Positions 37,811-51,322 of a DNA stretch of 64,000 nt are shown piece by piece (the first letter of the stretch is position 1; each line of letters begins with the position of its first letter). The DNA comes from Lingula anatina (Eukaryota > Animalia > Brachiopoda), in assembly GCA_051362555.1 (NCBI GenBank), contig CM120640.1, forward strand, positions 70,534,788-70,598,787, written 5' to 3'. A program made the position numbers and the translations under genes. The notes under the pieces are model-generated. The model saw nothing but the letters and a program-made list of their open reading frames with translations. It did not search any database and was not told the origin of the DNA.

Positions 37811-38025
37811 GGCTCTGTTCTCACAACTTTTAGATCGATCTATCACCGCGGGGAGTCTCACTAGATTACTGTCAGATAATCCCCCTTAAGTGTCCGTCCC
37901 CGCCTACTACAAGCTTTAAGAGGTAATTAACTTTCGTGTCCGCCCGGCTGACAGCTATTTAGCGTGAACCCCCAGGGAGTTAGGTCGATCCAATGTAGGT
38001 CCATCTAATCTATGAGAATGGGGTG
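37811..38025. mobile_element. ~215-bp MITE (PIF/Harbinger/Tourist-like), copy 2, TAA TSD
   Basis: TAA on both sides (37808-37810, 38026-38028); GGCTCTGTTCTCA / TGAGAATGGGGTG imperfect TIRs; inverted copy of 17822-18035. Confidence 0.85.
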
Positions 38026-39722
38026 TAAGATGCACTGAATGATAATTCAGGTGATATATGGACTGTTTTCAAGACTCGAGAAATGATAAAGTAAATTATC
38101 ATCTATAATTAGTCATGTTGGCTGTTTCAGTTAGTCTAGGCCTCTGTAGCAACTTCAAAATACTAAACCTGTCCTAAAGTTAATCCTATAAATCAAATAT
38201 CACAGCTAAAATTACAAAATAACAACAGATGATCAAAAGAAGAAACATTCTAATGTTACACGAAGGCAAAACAGTAGGAAGAAAACACAACAATATGTAG
38301 TTCTAAGGAGGCATTCCACATGAAACTATTGTTCTACATAAATGGTTCCTTAGAGAGTCTCCTTGAATGCAATCAGATGAACACGTCTATTGTTTCCAAC
38401 ATACTCCTGCAATCACCAGCTTTTCTTTGTTCAACTCAACACCAGGAGTGCATTCAGCAAGAGTCTCCTCGTAGTTGGATCGATCTATATAAAACAATAG
38501 TTTCATTGGGAATTGGTCCTAAATAAAGTTAAAGCTCCACTGTAAAATAGAAAGCACTTGGGGAAACCCTACCTTACCCTGATACGACATCACAGTACAG
38601 GAAAGCACGGGCATTTGGCTTAAAATAAACAATGATTTCTGGATTATGAAGCCCAATCACTGGTGCAGTCTTTCATGGTTGCATTCATACTTTATGTATA
38701 ATGAGTAGCAGCTTAAGTATTAAATATTTGGCACCTCACTTCTGAAGTGGTGTTATTTATATCTTTATGTACAAGTTATGTGGATCAAGGTGTTACTGTT
38801 ATAACAGAAATGAACAGCGTTTCCATCAATTCAATGTGAACAAGGTTTTTAAAGCCATAATTGTTACCTACAAAACACATAAAAATCATTGCAGTACTAG
38901 CATTTCATAAAAATCAACATACAATGAGTATGCTGCTGTTTATAACTTAATGAACTGTTCAGGCACTTGGGGGTTTGGCAATTATAGATGCAAATTTTTA
39001 ATTTCTACTAGCAAAAGTAAAGCATGGCTGCTACTGTATATTGCCAGACAAAGAACATCCAGGTCATTTGTATCTATGTTTCTATGCAAGTTTCATGATT
39101 TCAGTATCTGGGTTTGAATCTGTAAAAATGTGTTCCTATAAATATATATACAGTGATGTCCCTTGATAATTCACTGACGACCCTCATGGAAGCAGGGAAT
39201 TATATCATCTACGATATAATTCCCTGATAGAATCATCTTTAATCTTAGTCAAAATTATAAGTTTGTGAACCAAAGATTTGACTCCAGTTGGTGGTACACT
39301 GGTAGAGAGAGGAAAAGAGAGAGGAACATATTTAAATGAAGGAACCTACTATTTCTTTGTCACACCCAAAAGAAGCTAAATATATCAAACTTTCAAATGA
39401 AGTTCAAACAGAAAACAAGTCCCTAGGCAATAACAGTGTAGTGGGATACAACACAGAGTAAGGGTGCACAAAGTTTACTGTGAGACAGGTGGTTTGGGAC
39501 AATCATTTCAACTCAGGTGGATATGATTCTGGACATAAAGGGTCATCTTTTCAGTGACCCGAGGTCAATACTCCTGGCGATCAGTGGTCTAAAGAGTCCT
39601 GACCATCCTCAGTGCCTTCTGGGTAACTAGGAATAATGTTTGCTGTATCACAACTGCCATGGAATTATACTACAGCCCTGCCTTGCCCGTCTCCTTGTTA
39701 CCCCAGAAGTCCTGTCTCCCTG

Positions 39723-42700
39723 TTACGCCAGAAGTGTTTTGGTTCCTTTTGGTGTAGCATCATCATTTAGGTGTTTTGTTGTATACCTGCAATGAATGAA
39801 TTTTTCTGTGTGAAACTGAATTGAAATTAGGGAGCAATTCAATCACAGACTTAATTCAAATGAGCCAGAACAACAGATGAATATAAGTTAAAAATAATAA
39901 TCTTATGTTAGGCTTTAAAAAAATGAAGCCCAATTTTCTGACAGAAAAACAAATTTACCTCTTTACCAATTATTATAATAAACAGTACGAAAATGGTCTA
40001 CAGCAAGAGGTAATAGTGGTTTACCTTAAGGCATTCAATAGTGCTTCAAGGTTAACTGGGTGCTGGTCTTTTAGCACTTTGATTGAACTCTTAACCTGTA
40101 ATACAAAAGGACAAAGTACACTAATAAACAATCAATAGCAAAGATCATCGTTATATTTCTGTTTTCTTATATATAATTTTAACAAATCACTTTAAAAATG
40201 TTGAATATCTTGATCTTTTTGACATGTAACTGCCACAGTGCATAATTAATGTAAGTTTTTTCTTAATAAAAATCTCTATCATACTTAATGTAGAAACAAA
40301 AACTTACGTCAATGTGTGAATTTTTAGCAAAAGCTCCTACAGGATGCACGTGATCATACAGAATGATTACTCCTACCATAACACGCATACAAAACAGCAG
40401 AGTTTCTTCATTCTGGAACCGTGTGTAGTATTCTCTGAAGAGTAGAAGCAAGTGCAGTTGTATGAGATATGAACAGCGTATGGATTTATAAGATGGGCAT
40501 GGAAGGTTAAAGAGAGGAGGCTGCACAAAAATAAGTCAGTTATCAGAATATTGCATCAGTGCTTTGGGGAATGCAGATATCACAACTACTGCAATGCTGA
40601 TCCAAAATACTTAGTGAAACAACCAAACACAATGACGTCCACTTTAGACTTTAGAATTCTTTTCAGCTATAACAATTATATTACCACAAGATGGTACAGT
40701 GTCCTGAACACAGAAAATAAGGAAGCAGTACTGTTTCAGCAGAGAGTACTCACGGGTTTTCTATCATGACTCTACATATGCTGGCCATTGTGCTGAGACA
40801 GTCTGTGGTGTTCTCTACTGGAATATCTTTATTCTGAAACAACAAGGAGACAGGGAACACACCTATAATGTTATAACAGACAGCATAGTAACACTGTGAC
40901 ACTCACTCTCATGTTGGTCAAATGTATTAATTCTTGTCTACATCTAAACAAGGTGAAATGATAGAATGATGCAACTGTTAACACACACTTCGACTATTAT
41001 GGACAACTCACTCTTTATGAGTTTTATACCTTAGTATGTATTTACAGAATAAAAGGCAAAATTTGAAAATTTATTTTATTCTTTTTCATATTCTTTAAGC
41101 TGTTTCTTTAAGGATTGTAGTGTGTATTGTAGGAAATAACCACAGAACTGTTATACTGTCTCAAACTGGCAATGCATAAAGCGGCATCTATTGTACCTAA
41201 ATGACATTATCATGAAAAGGAAATTTCATGCATAGGTATTATAAGACATGTACAATGTGATGTTGCCTTCCATTACCTCAGACACAAACTTGGTAGTTGT
41301 GTCACTAAGTGTCTTCAACATGGGGGTGGCATGTGCATAGAAGAGAGACATTCTGTTGGCTATTTCATTGGATACTTCTTGATTGTCCATATTGGAAGAA
41401 TGCTGGAAGACAATCAAGACATTAACACACTGCAATAACAATATTACCACAAGATGGTACAGTGTCCTGAACAAAGAAAATAGTGAAGCAGTACCATCCA
41501 GCAGATTCTACTCACAGGTTTTCCATCTTGACTCTACATATACTAGCCATTAACACACTATATAAAAGTTATATCCCAGGGCACAAAATGAACACAACAG
41601 CCCTGTGCGGCTCTTTTAACGCCTACGTGGTCTCTTTTTAAAGTTTGCCAGTCCAATGATTTGGCCATTTTCTGGCCTCTATATTATATCCTGTTTTTTT
41701 TTTTTTAATATTCAGTTAAGCGGACTCCTGAAGACGTACTGGCTGACTTGTAATTGCTCTTTCTTGATAATCACTAAACTAGAACACACAAGAAAAGATC
41801 TATTATCAACTTCATGAGAAAATTAGGTACTTATTTCCATAAACCATTACCAGGAAACAGGGTGATTAATTAGTGGCTGCACTGATTATCACAGACACAG
41901 CTTATCTTCTAGGAAATGAAATGTTTTGTTTCACCTCGTTTGTCATCTTCATCCGACTTAATGTCCGCCTGTAATAACTGAAGTCATTCTGGATAGCTGG
42001 ATTGTTCATCTGAAATCAACTGAGATGCTGCAATATGCTTTGCATAAATGACATTATGATCCAGATAGCATGCCACTATTTACACAAAAACACGCTTAAA
42101 ATTATGCTACTTTAACATGAAAGAATTCATTAACAAGAAAAGTCCCACAATTTTATATTTATTCTTACCTTAAGGTCATCAAATTTAAGCGTGAAGTCTA
42201 AAATTTGTGCAAACTGTTTAAATAAAGCTTGTTGTGTCTCTAAATGCTCTTTGGCAGTCTTGTCATTTGAACAGAGTTTGCCCAGAAGTTGAGGAACAAT
42301 GTTTTCTGGAAAAAAGAGAAGGTTAAATTACACAAATCTTTGACTTATATACAACTCGTTGTTTGTATTCATGCTTTGTAAAACTAAAGTCTTCTCAACC
42401 AGATCCACGGACAGGTAGAGTTCAGGGAGAGGAGGAATGAAGTAATAAGAACCACTCTGGTCAGAAAAGATCTGCTCTGCATTAAGATTTGACCTAGGTT
42501 TGATGCCATTTTTTTGGATTTGAGTCAATTAAAGGGTGTAAAAAATACTTTTTCAGAAAAAGAGCCCTAAGGTCTGTCAACAATAATCAGATTTATTCAC
42601 AATGTAATGAATTTTTTGTTTTTGCAGATGTTTATTCCTAGGAGGTCAAAACTAGCAATTTTTCACAGACAGTTCTTCTATTTTCACCTTCCTGGCCTAA

Positions 42701-45700
42701 TATCACTGTAGAGGTCAACCACATCTCCCAAACACCGAAGAACACCACATTATCCCCAGAAATCCAATGTAGGAGGAGTTCTCCCATACTTCAGCTCCTA
42801 GTTTTATTCCCTAGTGCAACATAACCAAGTCTCTCAATATAAATGACATCAATAAACTGTGCAGAAATGTGGTCTTGTCTAATCAATAGATATTAGATTG
42901 TACACCACTGGAAGATGAGGCTTTGTTTCCCAACATTTCTGCAACAAACTCGGTCACAGTCTGGTGAACTGACGGCTTTCCCAGAAACTTGCTGTAAAAC
43001 CTATTTGTACACTGGTGTGCATTCGTGCAGAAAGCATTGGCAACATGATTTGTTGGTGTCACAATTCTTGCTAGTTGATGAATCTATGTTATGTTTAGTA
43101 ATACAGAGAATGTCCATTCCCTAATCAATAACCCATACTCATTCTAGGGAAGATAATACGTTCCCTCCAAGCTTAGGGCCATAATGCTCATAAGATAAGG
43201 AGGAACATAAAATACTTTTCCAAATACACCATTTTGGAATGGTTCAATCCACCAGATTTTATTCTAGGATCATCAAAAGAATATTTTGTGAAAATCACCC
43301 TTTATACATAGGGAATAAGGGGAGTGAAAAAAATTTCAAGTTGTACTTAAATGCTGCTATGTGTCAAATATTCAACTAACCATAAGCACTTACGCAGTTT
43401 ATCAAATAAAAACCTACATTATTAAATCCGACAAATATGTGATAAATATCTACAGCTTGAGCTTCCAGAATTGGCAATTACTCGGACTTTTAATGTTTTT
43501 AAGGCACATCTGTGATGTAAATTACTGACAGAAATTGAGCTTGATTTAATTTTAGATGTGAAAATCAATGTACATTAGTAGATAGACTTAGGGATACAGT
43601 GAAAATAGAACTTTTCCCAAACTACAGTTTTCAAAATGGATAGATAAGTCAGTGCCCAATGTTATTCATTCCATTCAAACATAAAATATATATTTATATG
43701 TATATATAACTGGACTTTAATTAAATATACACAAATAAATAATGTGATTACTTATATCTGTAATTCAACAGCAAGTCACTGGGTCTTGTTTTCTTTGATC
43801 TTTACCCTGTTTAATGACATCAACGAATGACATCTGTTAATTCACTTACCTAGTTGTATAGAGAACTCGTAGTATCTTTTTAACTGTAGGACCAGTGGCC
43901 GGACGGCTTCCCATGCCTTCTCTTGGAGATCATCATTGGATGGGTTGGAAATTGCCTGTAGTAAAAAAGGTTTTCAGAGATAATTGCACATAAAATATGA
44001 CATCATGTATACAAATTCAGGGGCGGATCCAGAGCTATTTTTTGACAGTCTTCCAATCTTAGTTGATCTACTCTCTATTTTTGACCATCTTCTGACAGGA
44101 AAATTAGATACCCGTCAATATAAACTTGAAAATCTGACCGTCTTCCAGAAGACCCAGAAGACTGCCTCAATCCGCCCCTAAAATTGTAATTAAAATCTCT
44201 GCATCTGTTAAAATGGGTTTGTTTGAATATTCTAGTATATTACATTTTGCAAGGCAGGTTTCTGTTAAGCCATGTTCTATTGCATTTGACCCTGTGGATA
44301 TTTGCTGATATGACATAATGAAAATCTGTAATAAGAATACTCTGTTTGAAAGATGATCTTTTTTACAGGCATTCTCTTCCTGGTTTAACAATATATGCCA
44401 CTTGTGGATTCAACATTTCAATTAATTTACATTCCCCCTTTCTCACGTTAATAGGAAGTTAGCGCTGAATCAGACAATTTGTTCAGGAAAACTCTCACAC
44501 TTCTCCATGTCACACAAAGATCCTGTTCACATTTAAGGTATATCCAGAAAGACAAAGTAATTTTTTTCATTGTCAAGAATTATTTTTGGAATAATATATG
44601 ACCAAACTGTCTGTACTTTCCTGGTGCATTAAACCAGCAGCATACATACAGCTTACATCTACTGAGTCAATCTCGTCTTCAGTTTACTAGTAAGCATTAG
44701 CGTGTAAATTAAACAATGAAAGTGCTGGATTACCTGCTGGCTCTTAAGGCACTTGACCAGATGACAGATGCTGGCTCATTTAAGGTGATAACCATGTGTC
44801 TTCTGATAAATTGGAAATGTCCTAGTGGTTCCCCAAAGTATACTGAATCAGCAGCTATCTTTTTCTCAGTTAAAATTTTTACTGGCCAGTTTACGCTGAA
44901 GATAGATTGATCTTCTCTATGGGTATCTGATTAACCTATGATTACATACGGCAAAATCCTCCCCCCCCCCCCCCTTCTCGGACCACTTGCATGGCTATGA
45001 CTGAAAAACAGCCCACTCCAGAGAAAACTGAGATAATATTGACAGTAATATGAAATCTTAGTTTCATCAAATGGCCTGTAGAGAAGGCTTTTACCAATAA
45101 CGGTGGACCCATCTCTAATGGCAACACACCCTTAAATTTAAAGAATCATCATGATACAGGGGCGGATCCCGAGATTTTTTCTGACAGTCTTCTAAATTAT
45201 TTTTTTTTTATCTATCATCCATTTTTGACTGTCTTCCAACAGAAAAAATAGATACCCGTCAGTGTAAACTTGAAAATCTGACTGTCTTCCGGAAGACCCA
45301 GAAGACGGCCTCAATCTGCCCCTGTGATACAAGCTGACTACACCATTAAGTTGGATACCTGGTTAAAACTTACTACACCATTAAGTCAGATACCTGGTTA
45401 AAACTTACTACACCATTAAGTCAGATACCTGGTTAAAACTTACTACACGATTAAGTCAGATACCTGGTTAAAACTTACTACACCATTAAGTCAGATATCT
45501 GTTTAGAATTGACTACACCATCAGGACAGATACCTGGTAAGAACTGAATACACAATCAAGTTAGAACTGACTACAGACCCCATTAAGTCAGATAATTAGT
45601 TTAAACTGGTTACACTGTTAAGTCTTTAACACACTGAACAACTTGGAATGTTACTTTCATTTTGAGTGACACAAGGTCACACAGGTCTAGTGTTTTCAAG

Positions 45701-47528
45701 ATGTATTCAAGAATTTATCTGTTGGACTAATTCTGAAGTATACTTTTTTACTTATACTGGTTACATTGGCTATTTTGTAAATTATAACTCTTAAGGTATT
45801 TCGTTTAAGCTTGGTGTAAAATCCCAATCAAATATTTATGAGGATTGTGTTTGAGGTAGACAAAGAACCACTTTTTTACCCTGAACTTGCCTGCCACTTT
45901 GCTAATTGCTTTCCTCAGAAGGCTTTTAAAGAGAATGAATGTATAACATTATTGATTTTGGAAGATTTTATTAAGTTAGAGCATAAAATAGCCCTTTATA
46001 GATATTTTGTTTGATGTATGTTACAATTAACACTGCATTTCCAGGAATTCAATATGACAGTTTGAAAGCTTGGAACCCATTTCAATGAGACAAATACGAC
46101 AATATTTCTATCATAAAAGAACATGTCTACATATTACAGGCACATGCAGCCTAAAATGATTGACTAAAAAAAAATAATATTTTTGTCTTTTTCTCATGAT
46201 TCCTCATGCACCATTCACCACAGACTTCATAAAACAGCTTTGAAGTAAGGCTTTGTTACCAGAGCACGGTAATGACTCGGATCTTTTAAATGGGGAAAAA
46301 TTATCAATTTTTCAGATACAATACTTGAGAATCATTAAAAGATATTTCTGTGTAGGATTTGTGGTGCTTTTACCACACAGAATACAACTATAAGGTAGCT
46401 TGCTTTCCAGTTTTGTTGCTACCCCTCTATGAGAGTGTTCTAATTTCAAGAAGATATGACTGAAGTACAGTGTCTGTCAAACTCATAATTTTCCCATTGA
46501 AAAGATGGAGCTATTACCGTTTATTTGCCCATTGTCTGATGGCCTTGTATCTTATCTTTCCCCAGTACACTACCTCTCGTATTTCACTGGAGGCTCCTCT
46601 GTACTGCTGCAGTTCCTCCAAGATATGGCAAGCATCTTTCAGCACTTCTTCTACTTTGGTATAGAGAGGGAACTCATGCTCTGTAGCCTGGGCATCTAGA
46701 ACAGAGCCAGAATTGTTAGAATGACAATTATTTGACAGGTTCTACATCAAATACTTGCACAGAGGGATCTAAATTGTGTTTTTGTTTGCATGTGCCATGA
46801 AAAAAATATCTCAGAAGGAAACGTGTCCTACTTGTTCCAGTTGTCTTTCTCTTCTTTTCAGAAAATTATATATATTCAAACAATTCATCATAAATATCTA
46901 GAAGTTATTCATTCACAGTGCCATTCCCCATATTCAACTGTTGAAACAGCTGCCAAATCATTTTAATATATGTTCCTATCTCTTTGACCTGGAGTGCCTT
47001 GAACTGTGCACTGGAAATAAGCAGGTTTAGTAAAATAACAGGAAATATATCTGCCTCCAAGAACTCTGTGCTATTATGCCTTTGCCTCTATCTCAATATT
47101 TGTCAAAGTGTTCAAACCAATCTAGAAAATCCATGTTCAATAAAGTTTGATTGTTACAATATAATTTAGTCTTTTTCTGTTTACAGGATTTTAATATACC
47201 CATTATATTATTATACATTATATGTGTTTCATTTCTTTAATCATTTTTTACCTTTAGCCACACTACACAGATAACAAGATGGGAAGTAGCTGACAAAGAT
47301 ACACGTGATCTTTTTCAAAATCTAAATCTGGAACATCTCGTATTGACTCAAGGATAAACTTACCGATATGCAAAGAAAATGTGATATCTTTGTGTTTTAA
47401 TAACAGCCTTCATAAATACCGGCTTATCTACCATCTTGACATGAATTCGGCTTACTTTCAAAATCCACAAAAATGTCAACTTTGGTTGGGGTGTAATCCT
47501 TGGAGAGAAGCTTCAGTAGGTTCCCCAT
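39723..47528 (-). CDS. CYRI: CYFIP-related Rac1 interactor (CYRI/FAM49), 10 coding exons, 326 aa
   Basis: Exons 47528-47456, 46695-46574, 43955-43850, 42305-42169, 42009-41935, 41402-41277, 40833-40754, 40434-40308, 40095-40025, 39786-39723 (981 nt, all GT-AG, phases consistent). MGNLLK myristoylation start, [19 protein letters not shown] (Rac1-binding RR), [47 protein letters not shown]. Confidence 0.97.
41441..41551 (-). pseudogene. Partial duplicate of the CYRI exon 40833-40754 3' end plus its donor and downstream intron
   Basis: ~110-bp colinear match to 40678-40789, retaining the GTGAGT donor (41515-41510) and [11 protein letters not shown]-like codons. Confidence 0.85.
44018..44180. 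mobile_element. ~165-bp MITE, copy 1, 5-bp TSD AAATT
   Basis: TIRs CAGGGGCGGAT / ATCCGCCCCTA; AAATT at 44013-44017 and 44181-44185; colinear with 45157-45324. Confidence 0.88.
45157..45324. mobile_element. ~168-bp MITE, copy 2, 5-bp TSD TGATA
   Basis: TIRs CAGGGGCGGAT / ATCTGCCCCTG; TGATA at 45152-45156 and 45325-45329. Confidence 0.88.
45337..45625. repeat. 35-bp minisatellite TACACCATTAAGTCAGATACCTGGTTAAAACTTAC, ~8 copies decaying rightwards
   Basis: CACCATTAAG recurs at 45341, 45376, 45411, (45446), 45481, (45516) with 35-bp period. Confidence 0.9.
46266..46520. mobile_element. ~255-bp MITE with ~35-bp imperfect TIRs
   Basis: ACGGTAATGACTCGGATCTTTTAAATGGGGAAAAATTA / TAATTTTCCCATTGAAAAGATGGAGCTATTACCGT; second copy at 4174-4409. 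Confidence 0.8.
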
Positions 47529-49032
47529 CTGAGGGTCATAGGTCAGGTCACCAAGAGGTTCTGGAAATACAACATCAGCCCCAAATATAGAATCATAGTG
47601 GAAAATAAACTAAGACTACTTAATGGGATTAGTTATTGGCTGCATATTGGAAATCCATTAACCACTTGAATATAAATCAGTCAGATGCTACATAGAGAAT
47701 GAATGAAACCAATATCTTTATATGTACATATATCGTGGACTACTTGTACTGCTATCTGTACAATAGAAAACATTTCTAATGCTTGCACCACTGTGGATTT
47801 GTACTGGTAGAAGTATTAATTCAAGGAGAAAACATGCTTCAGCAACCTTGAGAGAGGGTTAATTTCCTTAACAAACCATGACCTTATGTGCACTTTAATT
47901 AGATATACCAGTATATATAAACTCAATATTAATCAATATGCACATCAGAGATAGAGATCTTGAGATACTGTAAATGCCAGATTTTAAAATTCCAATGAAA
48001 CAAAAAATGCATTAAACTTCCTACCTACAATAAAAACTCTGATGAAAATGAACAGATAAGTTTTTTCTCCATTCTGAGTTATTATATTTGTATACTACAA
48101 TACATACAGTGTGCATGACGTGTACTCTACACTACAACTAAAACTCCCCATCACTCTCTGAGCAGACACTTCAAACAACGTTCTCATCAAACACTTCCTA
48201 TGAAAATGGAAATTAGCATCATCAAGCATGTCACAGATGTTCACTTCTATACTAATTGACTTCAGAAATTAGAAAATTTCCTGTACAACGGAATATGTGC
48301 AATCTATACGACCTTCTTAAATGAGAATCTAATGCAGTAATGGAAAAATGACATGCAGATTAAATATCTGGAAAATACATGACTTTTTCCCCTAACGTTC
48401 TTTTCCTATTCCTAATGATATTATGAGAGGGAGATATTGTCCAACAAAATAATTAATCAATTAATTTGAATTAACCATAATACAAAACAAAACAACAAGC
48501 AAACCTACATAGCAGTATATCATTAAGGATTCTGTAAAAGTTTCATTTGAGAATATCTAATTAAAGCTAAGATTTGAATAAATAATAAAATCCTTCATCC
48601 CAATTGATGCACCTTTATCCCATTACTAAAACAAACCATCAGATAAGCATGTATTTATCCCTGCATACTTACATATTATGTTAGTATGAATACAAATATC
48701 CTCATATAAATGCTCAGTTACTAGTAGGCAGTGAAAGCTCTGGGAGAGAAGATAAAGGCTGCTCTGCATGATGTATTACAGCAAGCTACTGATCTATTGT
48801 TTTATATTGGATTATCAGTCTGGTCAATAGAAAAATGTCAAACTTTATCAACTTAAGCCATGAAACCAGCTTAAATACATTAAAACACATCTGCGTAAGG
48901 ACCAGTGTTGTTTTAGTATTTCACATCAACAAAAAGCAATAAAATTTCATACCAATTTTACAAATTATTTATCTTTAGTCAAGATTCCAATAATATGAAC
49001 AAAGTTACAAAGTTTCATTTCACCTAAATTGA

Positions 49033-49033
<1 letters not shown>

Positions 49034-49091
<58 letters not shown>

Positions 49092-49104
49092 TAATAATGA
49101 TAAT
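49034..49104. repeat. (AAT)n microsatellite
   Basis: Directly visible, >20 units with two GAT interruptions. Confidence 0.95.
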
Positions 49105-51322
49105 AGTAGTAGCCTTTCAATGTCAAGGGTTTAAATCTCACTTTCCAATGAATTTATACTTTGGTGTAGAAAAATCCTACACTGTAGCAAATACTATAAT
49201 GATTAGATAATCGATTCCTTCTTGTGCTGTTATCAAATATTCATCAAAATGGTGCCATTTACCACGTAATTTAATGCCCTAAAACAAAGGCAGTATTTAA
49301 TATGTTTCTTTTAACAGTGTGGAGGATTACCCAAACAAATGGCTCTTTGTGGGCTATGAATAATCCCATAGAAAATCCAATAATTTGAGCAAACAACCAG
49401 GCTTATTAAGGCAGTGCACACACATTAATTCATAGAATTCACTGTCGGATATTGTAGATTTAGGTTAAATATTGTGTTAAAATGTTGATCCACTCTGAAC
49501 AAAAACAATATAAATCTTATTAGAATTTAAAACATGAAACTATAATAAAAATATATTGGATAATACCTTACATGCAAACCATTTCTGCTGCATTATTTTG
49601 GTTTTATCAAATGCTAGATAGTTTTCAAATGCAAATTCATAAAGCCCTTGACCATAAAATAGTACAGTTGATACCTCTTAGATTTCTTTTTTTAAATTTA
49701 TTTATTTATTTATTTATGTATTTATTTACTTATCTTAGTTATTTATTTATTTATTTATATTTATTTTGCAAAAAAAGGAAACAGTGTTTAAATAAATAGT
49801 ATCAAAATTTGTAAATTCCAGATTCTTAATGTCAGAAAACGCTATATTTAATCAAAATACAACACTTTACCATGTTTTTTTTAGTGATTGTCCTCTTTGG
49901 TGACTATTCTCACATCTAGCAAGTTATTTCAGGATGTTCACAGAACATTAAATTTATAAAGCTGGCTTAGCATAGCTTAGCTTAGTATAGCCACATTAAA
50001 GTCACAAAAATTAAGATGAATGACAGCTTTTATTTTCTAATCTTTATAAAATAATGGACTGATATACACAGCTGACAGAGTTCTTTAAAACTAAATTCCA
50101 TGAATGCATACAATAATCATATATACAGCACAAACTATTATCTAATTTACAAAATGAACATTGGGTTTAACTTCATACCTTTATGTTTTATAGCTACATA
50201 TAGCAATAGCTAGGAATCAAAATTCTTTGAACACTTCTCAATGCTTACTCCCCCCTCCCCCCATGAAAACCACTTGCACCCTTTCTCTGGATCTTGGCCT
50301 CCTGTTGTAACACAAGCATAGGGTTTTAAATACACATTAAGTACATTAAAAACTTCTTCTTCAACTTATGTAACAATAAGATACTTTTCAACACATTTTA
50401 AATGATATGTGCCAGGGATTGATATTGTTAAAAAAATTCCATGTGGACAATCAACCATCTTATCCCAGTTTTACATCATGCACAATCCAGAAGTCGGCAC
50501 AAGTATATCGGGATAGTGGGATTTGTAAAACGAATTCTTAAGCATGGGGATTTTTAAATTTACCAAGGTTGTTAGAGATATGGTGAGTATCTGGACAGTA
50601 GGATAAAAGGTTGGTTGGTTGGAGAAAAATAATATTGTTTCCCCCAGGAAAATTTGCAGATTGACTTACTGTTTCCCACAGAAACTATGCACTATACATC
50701 TTTCAAATCAATTTACCAACCATTCAAAAACTGCAGTCAGTCATTTGTCAATGTAATTAAAGTTAATAAACATGTTTCCAGTTGAAATTTAAATACATGA
50801 TTTGTTGCATCATTCTTATAATCATACAGTATCTAATTTGTTCAAGTTGTACATGAAATCTTCTGGATTACAGAATGGTAACACTGATGCAGTGTACCGA
50901 CACAACAAGTCATCACATGATGTTACAATACAGATATCAAATATCTTGAAAAAAACTGTGCTAATGACAAATCATTTTATTAATAACTTTAGTTAATATT
51001 AAAACCAATGTGGCAATGACACTGGCAAAGTTATCAAACTAGCATACTAAAGGAACTGGTAGTTTTACTGGCTTTCAAATCCTAAGACAAATATCAACCG
51101 CCTTGAATTGTTGTATTATTTACAATTCCGACATCCAAGTCAAAAACGAAGTTAACGAAAAGCTCAGTTTTAAACACAGTGAATTTCTAATAACAAATAA
51201 CACAACTTGAACTTTTCGACATCTGACCCAAGTTCAACTTAACTCCTTACTCTTATAAACACACCAAAGAAAGCACACGGGTAGAAGAAAACTAAAACAT
51301 GGACATGCAAAATGCTAGTTAC

